Assembly: GCA_949358305.1 (NCBI GenBank)
Contig: OX442314.1
Span: 13,950,001 to 14,014,000, forward strand
From: Strigamia acuminata
Lineage: Eukaryota
Length of the DNA: 64,000 nt
Direction of reading: 5' to 3'
Made by a program: the position numbers and the translations under genes. The notes under the pieces were generated by a model, which worked only from the letters and a program-made list of their open reading frames with translations, searched no databases and was not told the DNA's origin. Every line of letters begins with the position of its first letter. Position 1 is the first letter of the stretch. Below, one piece after another: positions 47,395-59,422 of the stretch.

Positions 47395-47554
47395 CCGTAC
47401 TGCCTCAAATAAACGCCCGGGCGTTTATAATATTTTGGTTGAGACCCTTAAATAAAAAATGGTGATTTTTTGGGTACTCTGGCGCTTATTCATTAAAATG
47501 CGCCGCAGTCCGACCGGCACTTTTTTGAATCGGCGTTAAAACGAGGCAATACGG
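47395..47554. mobile_element. TA-flanked MITE (Tc1/mariner-pogo type, CCGTA termini)
   Basis: TA|CCGTACTGCCTC ... GAGGCAATACGG|TA; same family as 48061-48344. Confidence 0.8.
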
Positions 47555-48060
47555 TACTTTATTTCCTTCTGGAATTAATGAATACAATACAAAAAAAACA
47601 CTTGTTAGTGCACAGGGTTGCTGAGAGACAAAATGACACCACAAACAAACATTGTTGTAGCGGCCCAAAGAACCAAAAAAAAGAAAAGAATAACTGCACT
47701 ACATGCAAGGGGCGCGTGTCCAACACCTAAAACTTAGCTTAGCCTGCACCACCTGCGCTTAGCAGTGGCTCCCCTAGGTACAATAACTTTTAATTATGTC
47801 AAAACAAAAAATACATATTTTAAATGTTGTTTAATTGCCAGTAAAAATATAAATCTAATAATAATAAAATCTAAGATATAATCTGAAAAACCCAGTGAAA
47901 AAACTTGAGGCACAACAATATTAAACTACCACAGCAATCCAAATCCAATGAAAAGCATTGTTAAGTAGCTGATCCACCATTATGACAAATACTGCATCAG
48001 TGATGAAATAGTTTCAGAACGGTAGATCAGCCACTTATCAATGCCCGTCAAAGACAATTA

Positions 48061-48344
48061 CCGTACTGCCTTGATTTAACGCTGGTCGTATCTAAACTCC
48101 GGCTCCTGATTAAGCGCCGGGCAAACAGAGAACGAAAAGGCAATAAACGCCGGCCTTAAATGAACGCCGGGTCTGTTTAAACGAATATACGGTAATTAAA
48201 CGCAAACGATTGGGTGGCGGCGGTAGAAAACCTTTTTTTACCGTTAGACGCCCGGCGCAAATAATCGCCGGGCTTTGAAGGAAAGCCGGGGGGTCGACTT
48301 GAAAAAATAAATAAACGCCCCGGCGTTAAATCGAGGCAGTACGG
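48061..48344. mobile_element. TA-flanked MITE 25 bp downstream of the Dicer copy 1 stop codon
   Basis: 22-bp TIRs CCGTACTGCC(T/C)GATTTAACGC with one mismatch, TA on both sides. The paralogous site near 60641-60660 is empty. Confidence 0.9.
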
Positions 48345-48368
48345 TAAGAATAATAAAACGAATGAACT

Positions 48369-51300
48369 CTATAAAACCATAGGTTCAACACCAGACATTT
48401 CTTCCACCTCGATTTCATCCATCTCAAATATCTCATCCAAAGTGAGAGGTTTTTGTTCCCTAAGTGATTTCGGTTCCAAGCCACCGAGACTCTTCAAATT
48501 ATTGCTACTCTTCTTCACAAATCGCAGAATATGTTTCGCGACGTTTATTTTAGCTTGTCTCGCATTCACTCCCATTCCGTGGAACGTTTTCGCAGCTAAT
48601 CGTACAGTTACAACATACTTCTGCGGTTCGTCTTCATCCTTTTTGGCTTCTGGTACTGCCTTGCTGCAGTCCAAACAAAAACACCGCATGATGAAAACTA
48701 CAGATTTATTTCATTATCTTTAAGTACCTGAATTTAATGTCGCGGAACATCTCGTACACTTCTCTCACGGGGGCCTTGGGTGTGTTTATCGTATACACTT
48801 CTGCAATATGAATAAAAATTGTTATAACTTTTCAATATAGTCCAACCCCATTACAGCAAATCGTTCATTCAGATTCTTGAATTTGAATAAATTTCAATTT
48901 TACACTGGTGGTATTGGTGGGTTTTCGCTTTTACAGTGTCAAGGTGGAAAAATTAGGGAGTGGGTAAAATTCCAAAGGTTGCAGGTACAAGTTTAAAGAG
49001 GGAGTCATTTACAAGCTCACTTCACTTGCTTTTGGCTTACCAGCTTAACTGGCAAACTCGAGCTAGCTAGTTAGCTAGCAGGAAAATCCCGCCAAAATCT
49101 CCTCCAAGAATTTCCTCACGATGCTGATTGGCTGTCAAAGTCACGTGACCAAAACCCCAGCAAGCATGAAGCTGGTAAATTAATAAACTCGGTCTGATCA
49201 AAGCGGGTGTGTACAAGCTCGCTTAAAAACCAAGATTGTGTTTGCTGAAGCGAGTTTTTAGCCGGTTTTTCAAGTAAAAGCGAGCTTTTAAATTTTACCC
49301 GCTCCCGTGTGTTTCCACCTTTAGACCATATAAGAAATAACAACAAACTAACTAATAATCGGTTCCATCATTCTGAAATAAACTCTCCAGACTGCATCCA
49401 AACTGCATCCACTATCCAAATAAATAGCTCCGGCTACAGATTCGAATACATCACCCAAAGCTTTGGGCACTTCAACTTCCTCCTCATCTAAAAACTCATT
49501 TTCTTCATTTAACGGCTGAAAATAAAGAAAAAATACAAACAAAAATAAACTAAATTCGGACATCTTAAACTAAACCTTTATTTAAGCTCACCGTAATATT
49601 TATTCTATCTCTCTCCACCAATGCCAGAAATTTATTTATGGCATTAAACAAACTTGGGCTTCTAGCATTCAAACGATAATGAAAATGAAACTGCACAGCT
49701 AATTTGGCAAAAGTGATGTTATTAACCAAAGCCGATTTAATATCAGTCAACTTCCCCGGTGGAAACTTCCTCTTGTCTTCGAATAGATGCCAGGTTATCA
49801 AATAATCTTTTTAAACAAAAAATAATTAATTCAATTCGTAAAATATTTAAATTGCACATTCAATTAACCTAAAATTGCATCTCCAAGAAATTCGAGTCTC
49901 TGATAACAACCAGTCACCTGATTATTGTAATACGAAGGATGAGTAAAAGCCTGAACAAGGAAGGACCTATCTCGAAAGGCGTAACCAATTTCCGCTTCAA
50001 AGTCGTCCAATCTCAACAGCAGTTTCTCCGGTGCGCATTTCAATGGATTGATTAAAGCCGTAGTCGGAAAATTATACGCTATAATCTCGCTCATCCCCGT
50101 CAACTCATCAATCGGCAATATCTTAAATCCAAGAAATATGAGAAAGCGCAGAGCTGCTGCCGGTCCCGCGTATAACAAATACGCTCCAAGAATCGCCTCG
50201 ACACAATCGGCGACGCTTTTGTCCGCAATCAGCTGAAACCGGGTCAAGTTTCTCACATCCTCATCCCGCTCCAAACGGACAGTTTCGTCTTCCCCATTGC
50301 CGATACACTTGGTATTCATCGCGGCAATGGCCAAAGACCAGATCTGACCGTTGTCCATCTTGCTCAAATCGTAACCGACGAAATATTTCCACGCGTGGAA
50401 AGGCATCCCAGCACCGATTAACTTGCGCTCCGATTCGGTCTTGGTCTTGAAACCAGGGGGCAACCATTGGGTCGCTGGTGAAAAAATTTCAGACTTAACC
50501 AGATTAGCTAAGCCCTTTTTCTTGGATAGTCGATACAAGTGCGAATTCGACACTAAAATCCCTCTTCCATTGGTCAATTTGCCCTCATCGGCTGTTGGGA
50601 ATTCGCTGAAGAGGTAAAGCGTCGTCGCATACTTCAAAAATGCATCGCCCAAGAACTCCAATCTCTCCATATCAAAGCAATCGTTCGCAGCTCGCGTGGT
50701 GAGCGCATTTAGAATCACGTGTGGCGGTGGGTCCGCTTCTGTCGTATCAAACTGGATACCGTGTTCGATTTTATAGTCGAATTCCCAATTGTTTTCATTA
50801 GCAACCGATACATCCCGGCACCGCTTTTCCACATCTGACCATTTGCTGTGAACCAAATCGCTCAAATCAAAAAATAGCGTGTCAGTCGACACCTGGCCCG
50901 AAAATTCGTGCGCTAACAACAAATCGTTCAAACGGTGTATAATACTCGGCATCATCATTGCCAGGTTGAAATGTGACGCACTAATCGGTAAAACGCAGCA
51001 AAGTTCGGGCACCAAGATCGTTTCGTGATTCGTAACTACGCCATTAATCGTCATGGTCTTTTTCTTGCTCGTTTTCGCGACCTTGATCGGCAGCATGTTC
51101 AGTCCGTTGTCGGTAATCATTTTAACCGCCAGTAACGGTTGATCCATGTTTTGAATCGCCACCTTGTACTTACGGTGGTAATAATCTGCGAACGATTTAT
51201 ACTGAATGCTTGAGAATGGATGCGATGGATAAATTCTCTTAATTTTCTTCACGATAAAAAATATTCTATCGCTGATGTACAGAGGCACTACCACACTATC

Positions 51301-54300
51301 TGTGTACTTAGATTCTTCGTATTTAAAATGCTTCCTTTCCTCCTTGGAGGGTAGATCACCAAATTCGTGTTTATTTATGTCTTCGATTAACTGCCAATCG
51401 GGAAAGAACGAGGGTTCACTAGAGGCGCCATCTATAAACGCAATGCGCATATTAAATTTTACACATAAAATAATACTAATATTAATAAAATAAAATAAAA
51501 CAGAGCCAGCTCCAAAATAAAAGACATCTTCTGGCAGGGCCGGATTTACCGCTCTAAAGACGCGATTGTGGCAAAAAAAATCCTGACCCTGCGCACAAGA
51601 TGTCCCATATTTGTTATAGCTTAAGAGTCCCGTGATACCGTAAAAGCTGCTTTATCCGGCATTAGAATAACCAGAAAGCTCTAGCAAACAGAATATTTTG
51701 AGAATGCCGCAATTCTACTTGCTACGTTTGTTTTGTGTACAATCCTGTTAAACATAAAATGTTCACACTAGTCGTAGCCAATGTAAAGTAGGGTGAAGAT
51801 TTTATGCGAGCAGAATGGTACATTTAAGCATTATAGCAGTAGAAAACAAATAAAAAGTGGAAAAGAAGGATCTTAACTAAAAATCAAATACAAATTTGCC
51901 ATTTTGTTTTCTTGCTTTCATTCTAAGTAAAAGGAACATAGAAAACAGATAAAAAAATTTGAATACTCAAGAGTATGCCTTCAATGATCCCAAGAAGTGC
52001 TAATATGATGTTAAATGAAAAAAAAATAGTTTTATAATGCGTAAAATTCATTGCCGGATAAAATAGCTTTTACTATACCTTAATTTGGTCTTCAGGTCAC
52101 CTTTAACAAATTCTTGCTTGCGATTTAAAATAGGAATGACGAAAAATGTCGTATCTGCTGTCATGGGATTAAAATCTGTTGGGAGTGAGTTGATTCGTAA
52201 AAAATCTGTGAAGAATTTCCGATGAAATTGTGCCAGGTCTTCTAACTTGTGCGTTTCAAACATTAAATTCTGCTCTAGTTGCACTATTTCAACCCAGTGT
52301 TTGCCATTTTGGGTGAAAATTGGAAAGGGATGAACCTAATGTTATATTCAAAGCCAAGATTAAAAGCTACCGGCAGAGTAAAACTTAAGTGTACCTCTGG
52401 TAATGCACAAGTAGTAATTATTCCAAAACTGCGACAACCAATTTCTGTGTCATAAATCGTTCCACCGATTTTTTCTTTAGCCCATTTGGAAAGTTTTACA
52501 CGAATGAGATTTAAATAGCAGGCAACATTTGGACGTGGACAATTTCGAAATTCTCGAGCGACCTAAAACATGAAAGTAAAGAATATAAGCAATAAGAAGC
52601 AACTCTTTGAAATAACAAACAAAATACTTGTTTTTGGTACAATTGACGTCGTTTTAAAGAACCCGGTGGTGGGCTTCCCAAGCTCACCTCCTCCTCTTCA
52701 ACACTGACTAGCTGACTTGTGAATTGTGAGTAGTCTTTGCTTGTTGGAAGTAAGCCGTCATTCAAAGCGCCTAGTGTAATACAATTTAAAAATAAGTTTC
52801 CTTATTGCCAGTTAGCCTACTGATTCATTTTCATTACCACACTCGTAAAGAAGTTTGCAGGCTTTCATAGCTACTGATTTCTTAGCTAGCTTTACAGTTT
52901 TCATTATATCACCCTAAAAATTAAAAATGTTGATAGAATCATTAGGGCTCGTTCAAAGTTTCCGTTTTTACCGTTTCTATAAACGGAATGACATTTAAAA
53001 AAAACCAGAAGCCATCACCAAAAACTGCAAAAAACCAAAACCACGATTGTAGTGGTTTATGAATCAGTTTATGCCGGGTTTTAGTATGTACAATTCAAAA
53101 TGGCCACCTCGAACGTTAGATCATCGGATCAAAAATTGTACTTACTGTGATTTCCCTGCGCAGTGGCGAATTGACAGGAAGCCAAAAAATGCATCGATAT
53201 TTTTCTCCCACAATAGAATTCGATAAGAGAAGATCAATCTCGTCCCACAAATCGGGATCGTCAGCATCAACTTCCCCATACGGTAGAGGACATTTAGGCT
53301 TCACTTTTTGAAATTTTACTAGCGGAGTCAAGCGTGTGAACTTATCCTTAGGAAGCAAAGCACAATATCTAATAAATAATAAAATTATTTAAAAAAAAAA
53401 CATTTAGGAATATTAAAATTCATACCTATTGACTAATTGTATAGCACTAAACATTGTTACGACAGGTCCATCTTTTCCTCTAGGATAATAAGGATCTATC
53501 TCCACATCGTAAAAGCTTTCAATTTCGCTTTCAGTTGGTGGCATCCTTTTCTTGCATATTTTTTGAAGTTCCTAGATTATAGAAACAATATAAGAATAAC
53601 ATGAAAATCCTTTTACAAACGATAATAAAAAAGGCCAGCGCTTTTTTTGTAACAATATACCCCGGAAGGGTAGTTACACATAAACTTAAAAACAACATTA
53701 AAGGCAGTGTCAAATGTTGAAATAACAGCAGGCCAGACACTAGGTAACATAAATACAAAAATAGCACTGAATATTTTTACTTACTTCTTCAATATTGCGA
53801 TACATGGAAATATTTCCACTCAGATCTTCGTAATCATTCTTTTTCACCAACATTATGTATTTAGAATCAACCGCTCGAGCTCTTCCCTTCGACTGCACAT
53901 ATGCACGAAAATCTTTAGGCTCGTCAAACCGAATCACCAGATTACACGTCGGAATGTCCATCCCTTCTTCGACAACTCTCGTCGCAACGAGAACATTGCA
54001 TTCTTGCTGACGGAATTTTAAAATCTTCTCCGCCTGCTTCCTCGATTCCATTTGCGCGTAATTTAACTTCGCCGGATCTGCTCCGTGACCCATAACGAAT
54101 TCGGATGTGATGAAACCATAATCATCACTGTGTTCCTTTAATTGCTGTATAAATCTATTGATGACCCAAGCAGTAGACCTTCTCTCAACGAAAATAATCG
54201 CTTTAAAGTTATCCGTTTTCGGCTGTACATTCGTCGGTTTGTACTTCAGAAGTATCTCGAACAATCTCTTAACTTTATGTGCCGAGAACCGCATCATTGA

Positions 54301-56680
54301 TTCGTACTTGCTATTGACGAATTTTGCAAAATACGCCTCAGTTAGGATGATAAGCTGTTCAATAAACCTTTTAACATCCTGAAAATGCACCATACTCTTT
54401 TCGGTAATGTCGTCTTCTATTTTAACCAATTCCACGACCATTTGCTTCGCTATTGTCGCCGTGCACCACAACCCCAACTCCTGAACAGAAAAAATAAGAT
54501 GCTTTAGTAGTCTGTTGAGTTTAATAACGGGACCAATGATGGATTTAAATTCGTCTTCATCGTCGAAATCATCGTCGAAATTCTCGTCGTCGTCGTCATC
54601 GTCGCCGTCGATGTTCATAACAAACCTTTCGCAATTCTTATCGGTGCGCGGTTTGGGTAGTTTCTCCAATTCTTTGTCAAGTGTGATCAACAATGTATTT
54701 TTGAAAGTGTCGTACGTGCTCAAATCGCTGCAACAAACGAACAGTTCCTTCGGCTTCGTTGAATAAAGCGCAGCGGCTGCGGTGCTCGACGGAGTTTCGA
54801 TTACGGAATTTAAGGTGATTTCCAGTTCCTTGATTTTTGCCACGATTTGGTTCGGTTTGCATTTCCCGTTCAGTACTGAGGCGGTGAGACCCAACACTTT
54901 AGGTTTGTCTCGGAGGCCACATCTCTCAAAATTTCGCATCACTTGCACGATCGGTTCTCCACCAACGGCGTGATGACATTCATCAAAAATTAACAGATTG
55001 ATTTGCGAGAGTTGTATGAAAGCCTTGTTGAGAATGTCGACTAAAATTTGCGTCGTCATCACAAAGACTTCATTCTTTTCGAATTCTCGTTTCCACGCGT
55101 CAATATCCCAATCGTCTACTTTCATCGAGCCTGTGTAATGGCCGACTTGCAGTCCCGTGTGCTGTCTTATGACAGTAGCTTGCTGGGCTACTAATGGCAC
55201 TAAATATCATAAAAAGAATTTTGAAATTAATTAATCGGTGAATTAATTAATTGCAGTGTACTCTGTGTGGTCCGGACATAGCAAGGGCCCCAGAAAATTG
55301 TCCAATCAGGCGAGTATATGTTCTCTCTTATACAGCGCTTCTGAAAGTACGTAATGTGTCTAGACCAACAGACCATCCGGATGGAAAAGAAAATTTAACA
55401 ATGCAGGTTATTAATTGGTCTCCACCAAACTTGTAGGCATTTCGAGCTGTCCGGGCTGCGCTATGGCCAGGGCCACCGAAACCATATCTAGCCAAAAGGG
55501 CTGAAGACCCGGGGTGACGGGTGTCAAAAGGCACCGGGCGCTTCCTACGTAATCTTCGTTTATGTGCAACATTTATAACTTGTTCCTATCTATATCTCGT
55601 GTGTTCTGTGGAGAGTTCATCTATTGTAGTCATTAGTTGTGACCTTGATGAAGTATTGTTATGACTCGTAACAATACTTCGGGGGACCAGATCACTGTTC
55701 TCTGATGGAAAATCACGGGGAAGTGTTGGAGCATTCATAATCCATTCCATGATATCTGACACGAGCAAGAGACACCTGATATTTTTAGCCCAGGATGCTT
55801 TGATGTATTAGGATGGCCTGGCTATGTCCGGACCACACAGAGTTCACTCTAATTAAGGGAAATAAAATTAAAATTAAAGCACCTGTTTTCGCAAGGAAAA
55901 AAGTTCGTTTGCCGCCACGAGAAAATGGTTTCTTAATAGATTCCATCATTTCTCTTATAAGCATTACAGCAATGAATGTTTTGCCTGAACCTGTACCAAG
56001 GCAAACTACTATATTCTTCTTGACTGCTTTTTCCAGCAGTTCAACCTAAGATAAAAATTTTTTAAAAAAAATGAGAGAACTTGAAGTAGCTCATTTAATT
56101 CATTTGAACAAAATTCACGAGCAACATTCAAAAAGTCGTGTTTTGTTTTTTCTGGATCTTTTCGATCGGGCGCACCAACAAGTGGAAAGGTGCTAATGGG
56201 GCAAAAATTGTCTTGGATAAGCAAAAATTAAAACTCTGGCTCCGGGTGCAAGATTTGTTTTCTGCAACTTTGCTTTTAACATCACAAAATAAAAGCACTA
56301 AAAGCAATAACACGACTTTTGGAATGGACCTATTATTTTAAAAAAATTAAAATTTGACAATCAATAGCTAAGTAATGTGTCATTCGAAATCTAATCAGAA
56401 AGATAGTTAAGGTAAAACTATCACTATCGCGAAACCAAACCCGACACAAAATATAGAAACTTTTTAAATGCAAAATTAAATTTTACTCAGTTTCTTAATT
56501 TATTTGAAACCACACTGAGACCTAAAGATGTTTGATTTTCATCAGAAAGAATGTCAGTTAAATCTTAATGTGGGATTGCATCATTGCCATCTTCAGTCCA
56601 AAAACACTTACGAGAAATGCACTTACTTGGTACTGTCGTGGAATAAACCCGGATTCATCGCTTGATTCTGATTCTGCCAT
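48369..56680 (-). CDS. Dcr-2: Dicer, copy 1 (complete, about 1640 aa; probably Dicer-2/siRNA-type)
   Basis: Exons 56680-56627, 56045-55883, 55199-53785, 53571-53426, 53368-53146, 52913-52838, 52770-52628, 52562-52395, 52335-52101, 51431-49869, 49806-49592, 49515-49353, 48800-48728, 48663-48369; phases consistent. Helicase [29 protein letters not shown]283 [16 protein letters not shown]-like region ending LVPELC; RNase IIIa [16 protein letters not shown]; RNase IIIb [16 protein letters not shown]; dsRBD. Dicer identity is certain. The Dcr-2 label is inferred from the intact helicase, compact size and divergence. Confidence 0.9.
55255..55848. mobile_element. Non-autonomous TIR element in Dicer copy 1 intron 2
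   Basis: 28-bp TIRs AGTG(T/A)ACTCTGTGTGGTCCGGACATAGC with one mismatch; no transposase ORF; TSD not resolved. Confidence 0.85.
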
Positions 56681-57007
56681 CTTTCTCACTGCGACAAATT
56701 CGGAGACTTGGCAAAGCAAGTCAACGTCGCCAATTAACAATTTGTCCCCTCACGAGTATATAAACAAAATCACAAACAGGGGAAATCCCTTTCAGTTTCA
56801 TTTTCTGCACTCCTGATAGGCTTCCGCGAGTCATGTGATACAAACTAGCCTCCATCGAACCTCGCGAGGATCAATAATTAGTTTACGCTTCTATCCGAGC
56901 CTTGGTGTTCCTAAAGAAATCTTCACTTGATCCAAATATTAAATTTTTTCAATAATTTATCTTCAAATAATGATCGTATGAAGGACGCATATCTTTTTTT
57001 CCTCAGC

Positions 57008-57261
57008 GTCTCGACCGATCATCCGCCTATTACCGATTGCCAGACATCTATAAGCGATCAACGCTCCTTTCGGACTCATTTTTGTACCGCGCCTTGCGTG
57101 TTTGGAGACCTAACCTAACCGAATTTGAATTAGGTCAGATTAGGTTAGATCTACCTAGGGTCTACAAACTCTCAAGGCGCAGTGCAAAAGTGAGTGTGAA
57201 AGAGGCGTTGATCGCTTATAGATGTCTGGCGATGGGTAATAGGCGGATGATCAGTCGAGAC
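57008..57261. repeat. Foldback inverted repeat (about 105-bp arms, 43-bp spacer), probably MITE-derived
   Basis: 57008-57112 versus the reverse complement of 57156-57261: about 13 mismatches and 1 gap by eye. The ORF track shows the same peptide (VSTDHPPIT..QTSISDQR) on both strands. AACCTAACC/GGTTAG motifs lie around the centre. Confidence 0.9.
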
Positions 57262-57692
57262 CACGGTGAAAGAGAACAGGTGTCGGAGCTTTGGCCCGAT
57301 AAGTATCCGATAAACGAAATTTGTCACCATATGGCGCTGAAAACATATGGGCCTTGTTATGTAGTCTCGAATCTCGATGTATTTTAAAAGAGCTGGCGAT
57401 CTGTGGAAATGCACTTAACAATTACCATGTTTACATGGTCACAGTTTTCCAGATAAGTGAATATTCGGACTTTATTTATCTGGATTACCGTTTGCGTTTA
57501 CATGACGTTAGTTTTCTGGTAAACATGACGTCATACGAGAATTACCCATACTGCACTTTGATTATCTGGAACAACAAAATGGCTGTTGATCCATTTTAGC
57601 CATAGCCTAAACAAATGAAATGGTGGTTAGGAAAGAGGTTTTTGCTTGAATCTTTGCAATGGTGCCGAATAAGCAAATTCTGATCTTGAAAA

Positions 57693-58051
57693 TGGCGGTT
57701 TTAGCTGATTTCACATTGATGTCGGCACCAAATGTCGTTGGTACGTAGGCCTAACGTATTTTTACTACAACGATCCGACGATATCCCAATCCAAGTTTTT
57801 GAATTTTCGCATGCACGGGTGTTTACATGCAGTTTTCAATGCGCAAAACGCCCAAAATCTAGCTCGTACAACTGGAATTTAGTTTTCCAGATAAGTCTGT
57901 CTTTTCTAGAAAACTGATTTGTTTACATGATCAGTTTTCCAGAAAAGTAAAATTCGCATTTTCACTTATCCAGATAACTAAGTGGCGGTTTTAGCTGATT
58001 TCACATTGATTTCGGCACCAAATGTCGTTGGTCCGTAGGCCTAACGTATTT
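57693..58051. repeat. Pair of 69-bp direct repeats
   Basis: TGGCGGTTTTAGCTGATTTCACATTGAT...GGCCTAACGTATTT at 57693-57761 and 57983-58051, two mismatches. Confidence 0.85.
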
Positions 58052-58301
58052 ATATTTATATATTTATATTTTTAGAAATTGCTTACTTGGTGTAATAGTT
58101 GAATCTGCCATATGGATTCGACAGTTTGCTGATCTCAGTCAATCCGGTGGAGGAAAAAGCTATATTAAAGGTATATTTGCTCGTAAAAACTGTAATTTCA
58201 CACCGAATAAGAATTCAGGTGTTTATCTTCACCAATAAAGGAAATTTAATGTTTTTCCATTTTTGTATCTCAGGTGAATTGACTGCAAAATAAAATTCAA
58301 A

Positions 58302-59422
58302 ATGGCCAGGGAACCTGTGATCCTGAACGTGTACGATATAGTAGGCGCATTCGAAAAGTAATTTGCACTAAACGACCAGTGCAACTGGTAGTGTAAATTT
58401 CAAGTTAAACGACCCAATTTTCGAGTTTCAAAATAAATTTTTGTGTAAAATTCAGTAGTGTAAATTCAAGTGTAAATATTAAATTAGTCCAAATAATAAC
58501 CACAGTCATTATTGTTGTTGTTTACTCTAAAAAAAAAACAGGAGATTATAAAAACATGATTATAAAATGTAAATTTATTTTAATTATTTGTATTATTAAT
58601 ATTTATTTCCGAACGGGAATCGGCTGAACATCCGCCTCAATCGCACAAATGCGGCCGAACACCGGCCGCATCAGATCGCACAAACGCGGCCGAACGTCGG
58701 CCGAACGTCGGCTGCATTCGATTGTACAAATGCGGCCGAACGTCGGTCGAACGTCGGCCGTATTCGATCGTACAAATGCGGTCGAACATCGGCCGCATTC
58801 GATCGCAAGAATGCGGCTAATACCTGCTAAAAAATTGTTCTTGCGATCGACATCGTTCCAACCGATCTAACGAAAATCCAAGATGGCTGCCAGCAAGACC
58901 CGATTTCAACGAGAAAACTCGTTGCACGGAGATTTTAAACGGAAACGTGGCGTACAGGCCGTTTCCGTTTAACCAGTTTACACGACATTTACACGAATTA
59001 ATTCGTGTAAATGTCGTGTGAAAACGAGTGTAAACACGTTTACACTCGTTTTAATGACTTTTCGAATGCGCCTAGTATGTAATTATAATGAAATAATTGG
59101 TTTTTCTGTTCGTATTTTTCATTTTGGTTTTTTGTTTAGAATTGGATCAACGATTTATACGTCGCAAACGTGTTGGGTATTGGGGTTTATCACTCCGGCA
59201 TTGAAATTTACGGCGCAGGTGTGTAAACAAAATTGATTTTTGATTTTATTTTTGCTTCAGTTTTCTGAATAGAGTACGCCTACGGAGGACACCCGTATCC
59301 ATTTACTGGAATTTTTGAAATTGCTCCTCGTTATGCTGAAGACCTGTGCAACTAATTTAAATTCAAGTAAATTTCGGATTGAAAGAAATTAAAATTCTTC
59401 TAATTGTTTCAGGCACTCCATT
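58302..59422 (+). pseudogene. DESI2: Truncated DESI2/PPPDE1 deubiquitinase-family pseudogene (5' exons only)
   Basis: Exon 1 58302-58340 MAREPVILNVYDI; exon 2 59140-59218 NWINDLYVANVLGIGVYHSGIEIYGA; exon 3 59273-59366 [31 protein letters not shown] with TAA at 59353-59355. Exon 4 starts at 59413 and is cut after 10 nt. The catalytic Cys region is absent. Confidence 0.88.
58343..59073. mobile_element. Non-autonomous TIR element (PIF/Harbinger-like MITE) at the DESI2 exon 1 splice donor
   Basis: Perfect 17-bp TIRs AGGCGCATTCGAAAAGT flanked by duplicated AGT (or TAGTA if the TIR is read 1 bp shorter). Internal palindromic tandem repeats at about 58620-58820. Superfamily is an inference. Confidence 0.85.

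Noticed and set aside
51501..52040. hAT-like CAGGGCCGGATTTA terminus in a Dicer intron
   Set aside because: Only a weak partner repeat near 51590 and no 8-bp TSD; element boundaries not supportable.
58620..58820. Palindromic tandem repeats resembling a CRISPR array
   Set aside because: No unique spacers, no cas genes, eukaryotic context; they lie inside a TIR element.
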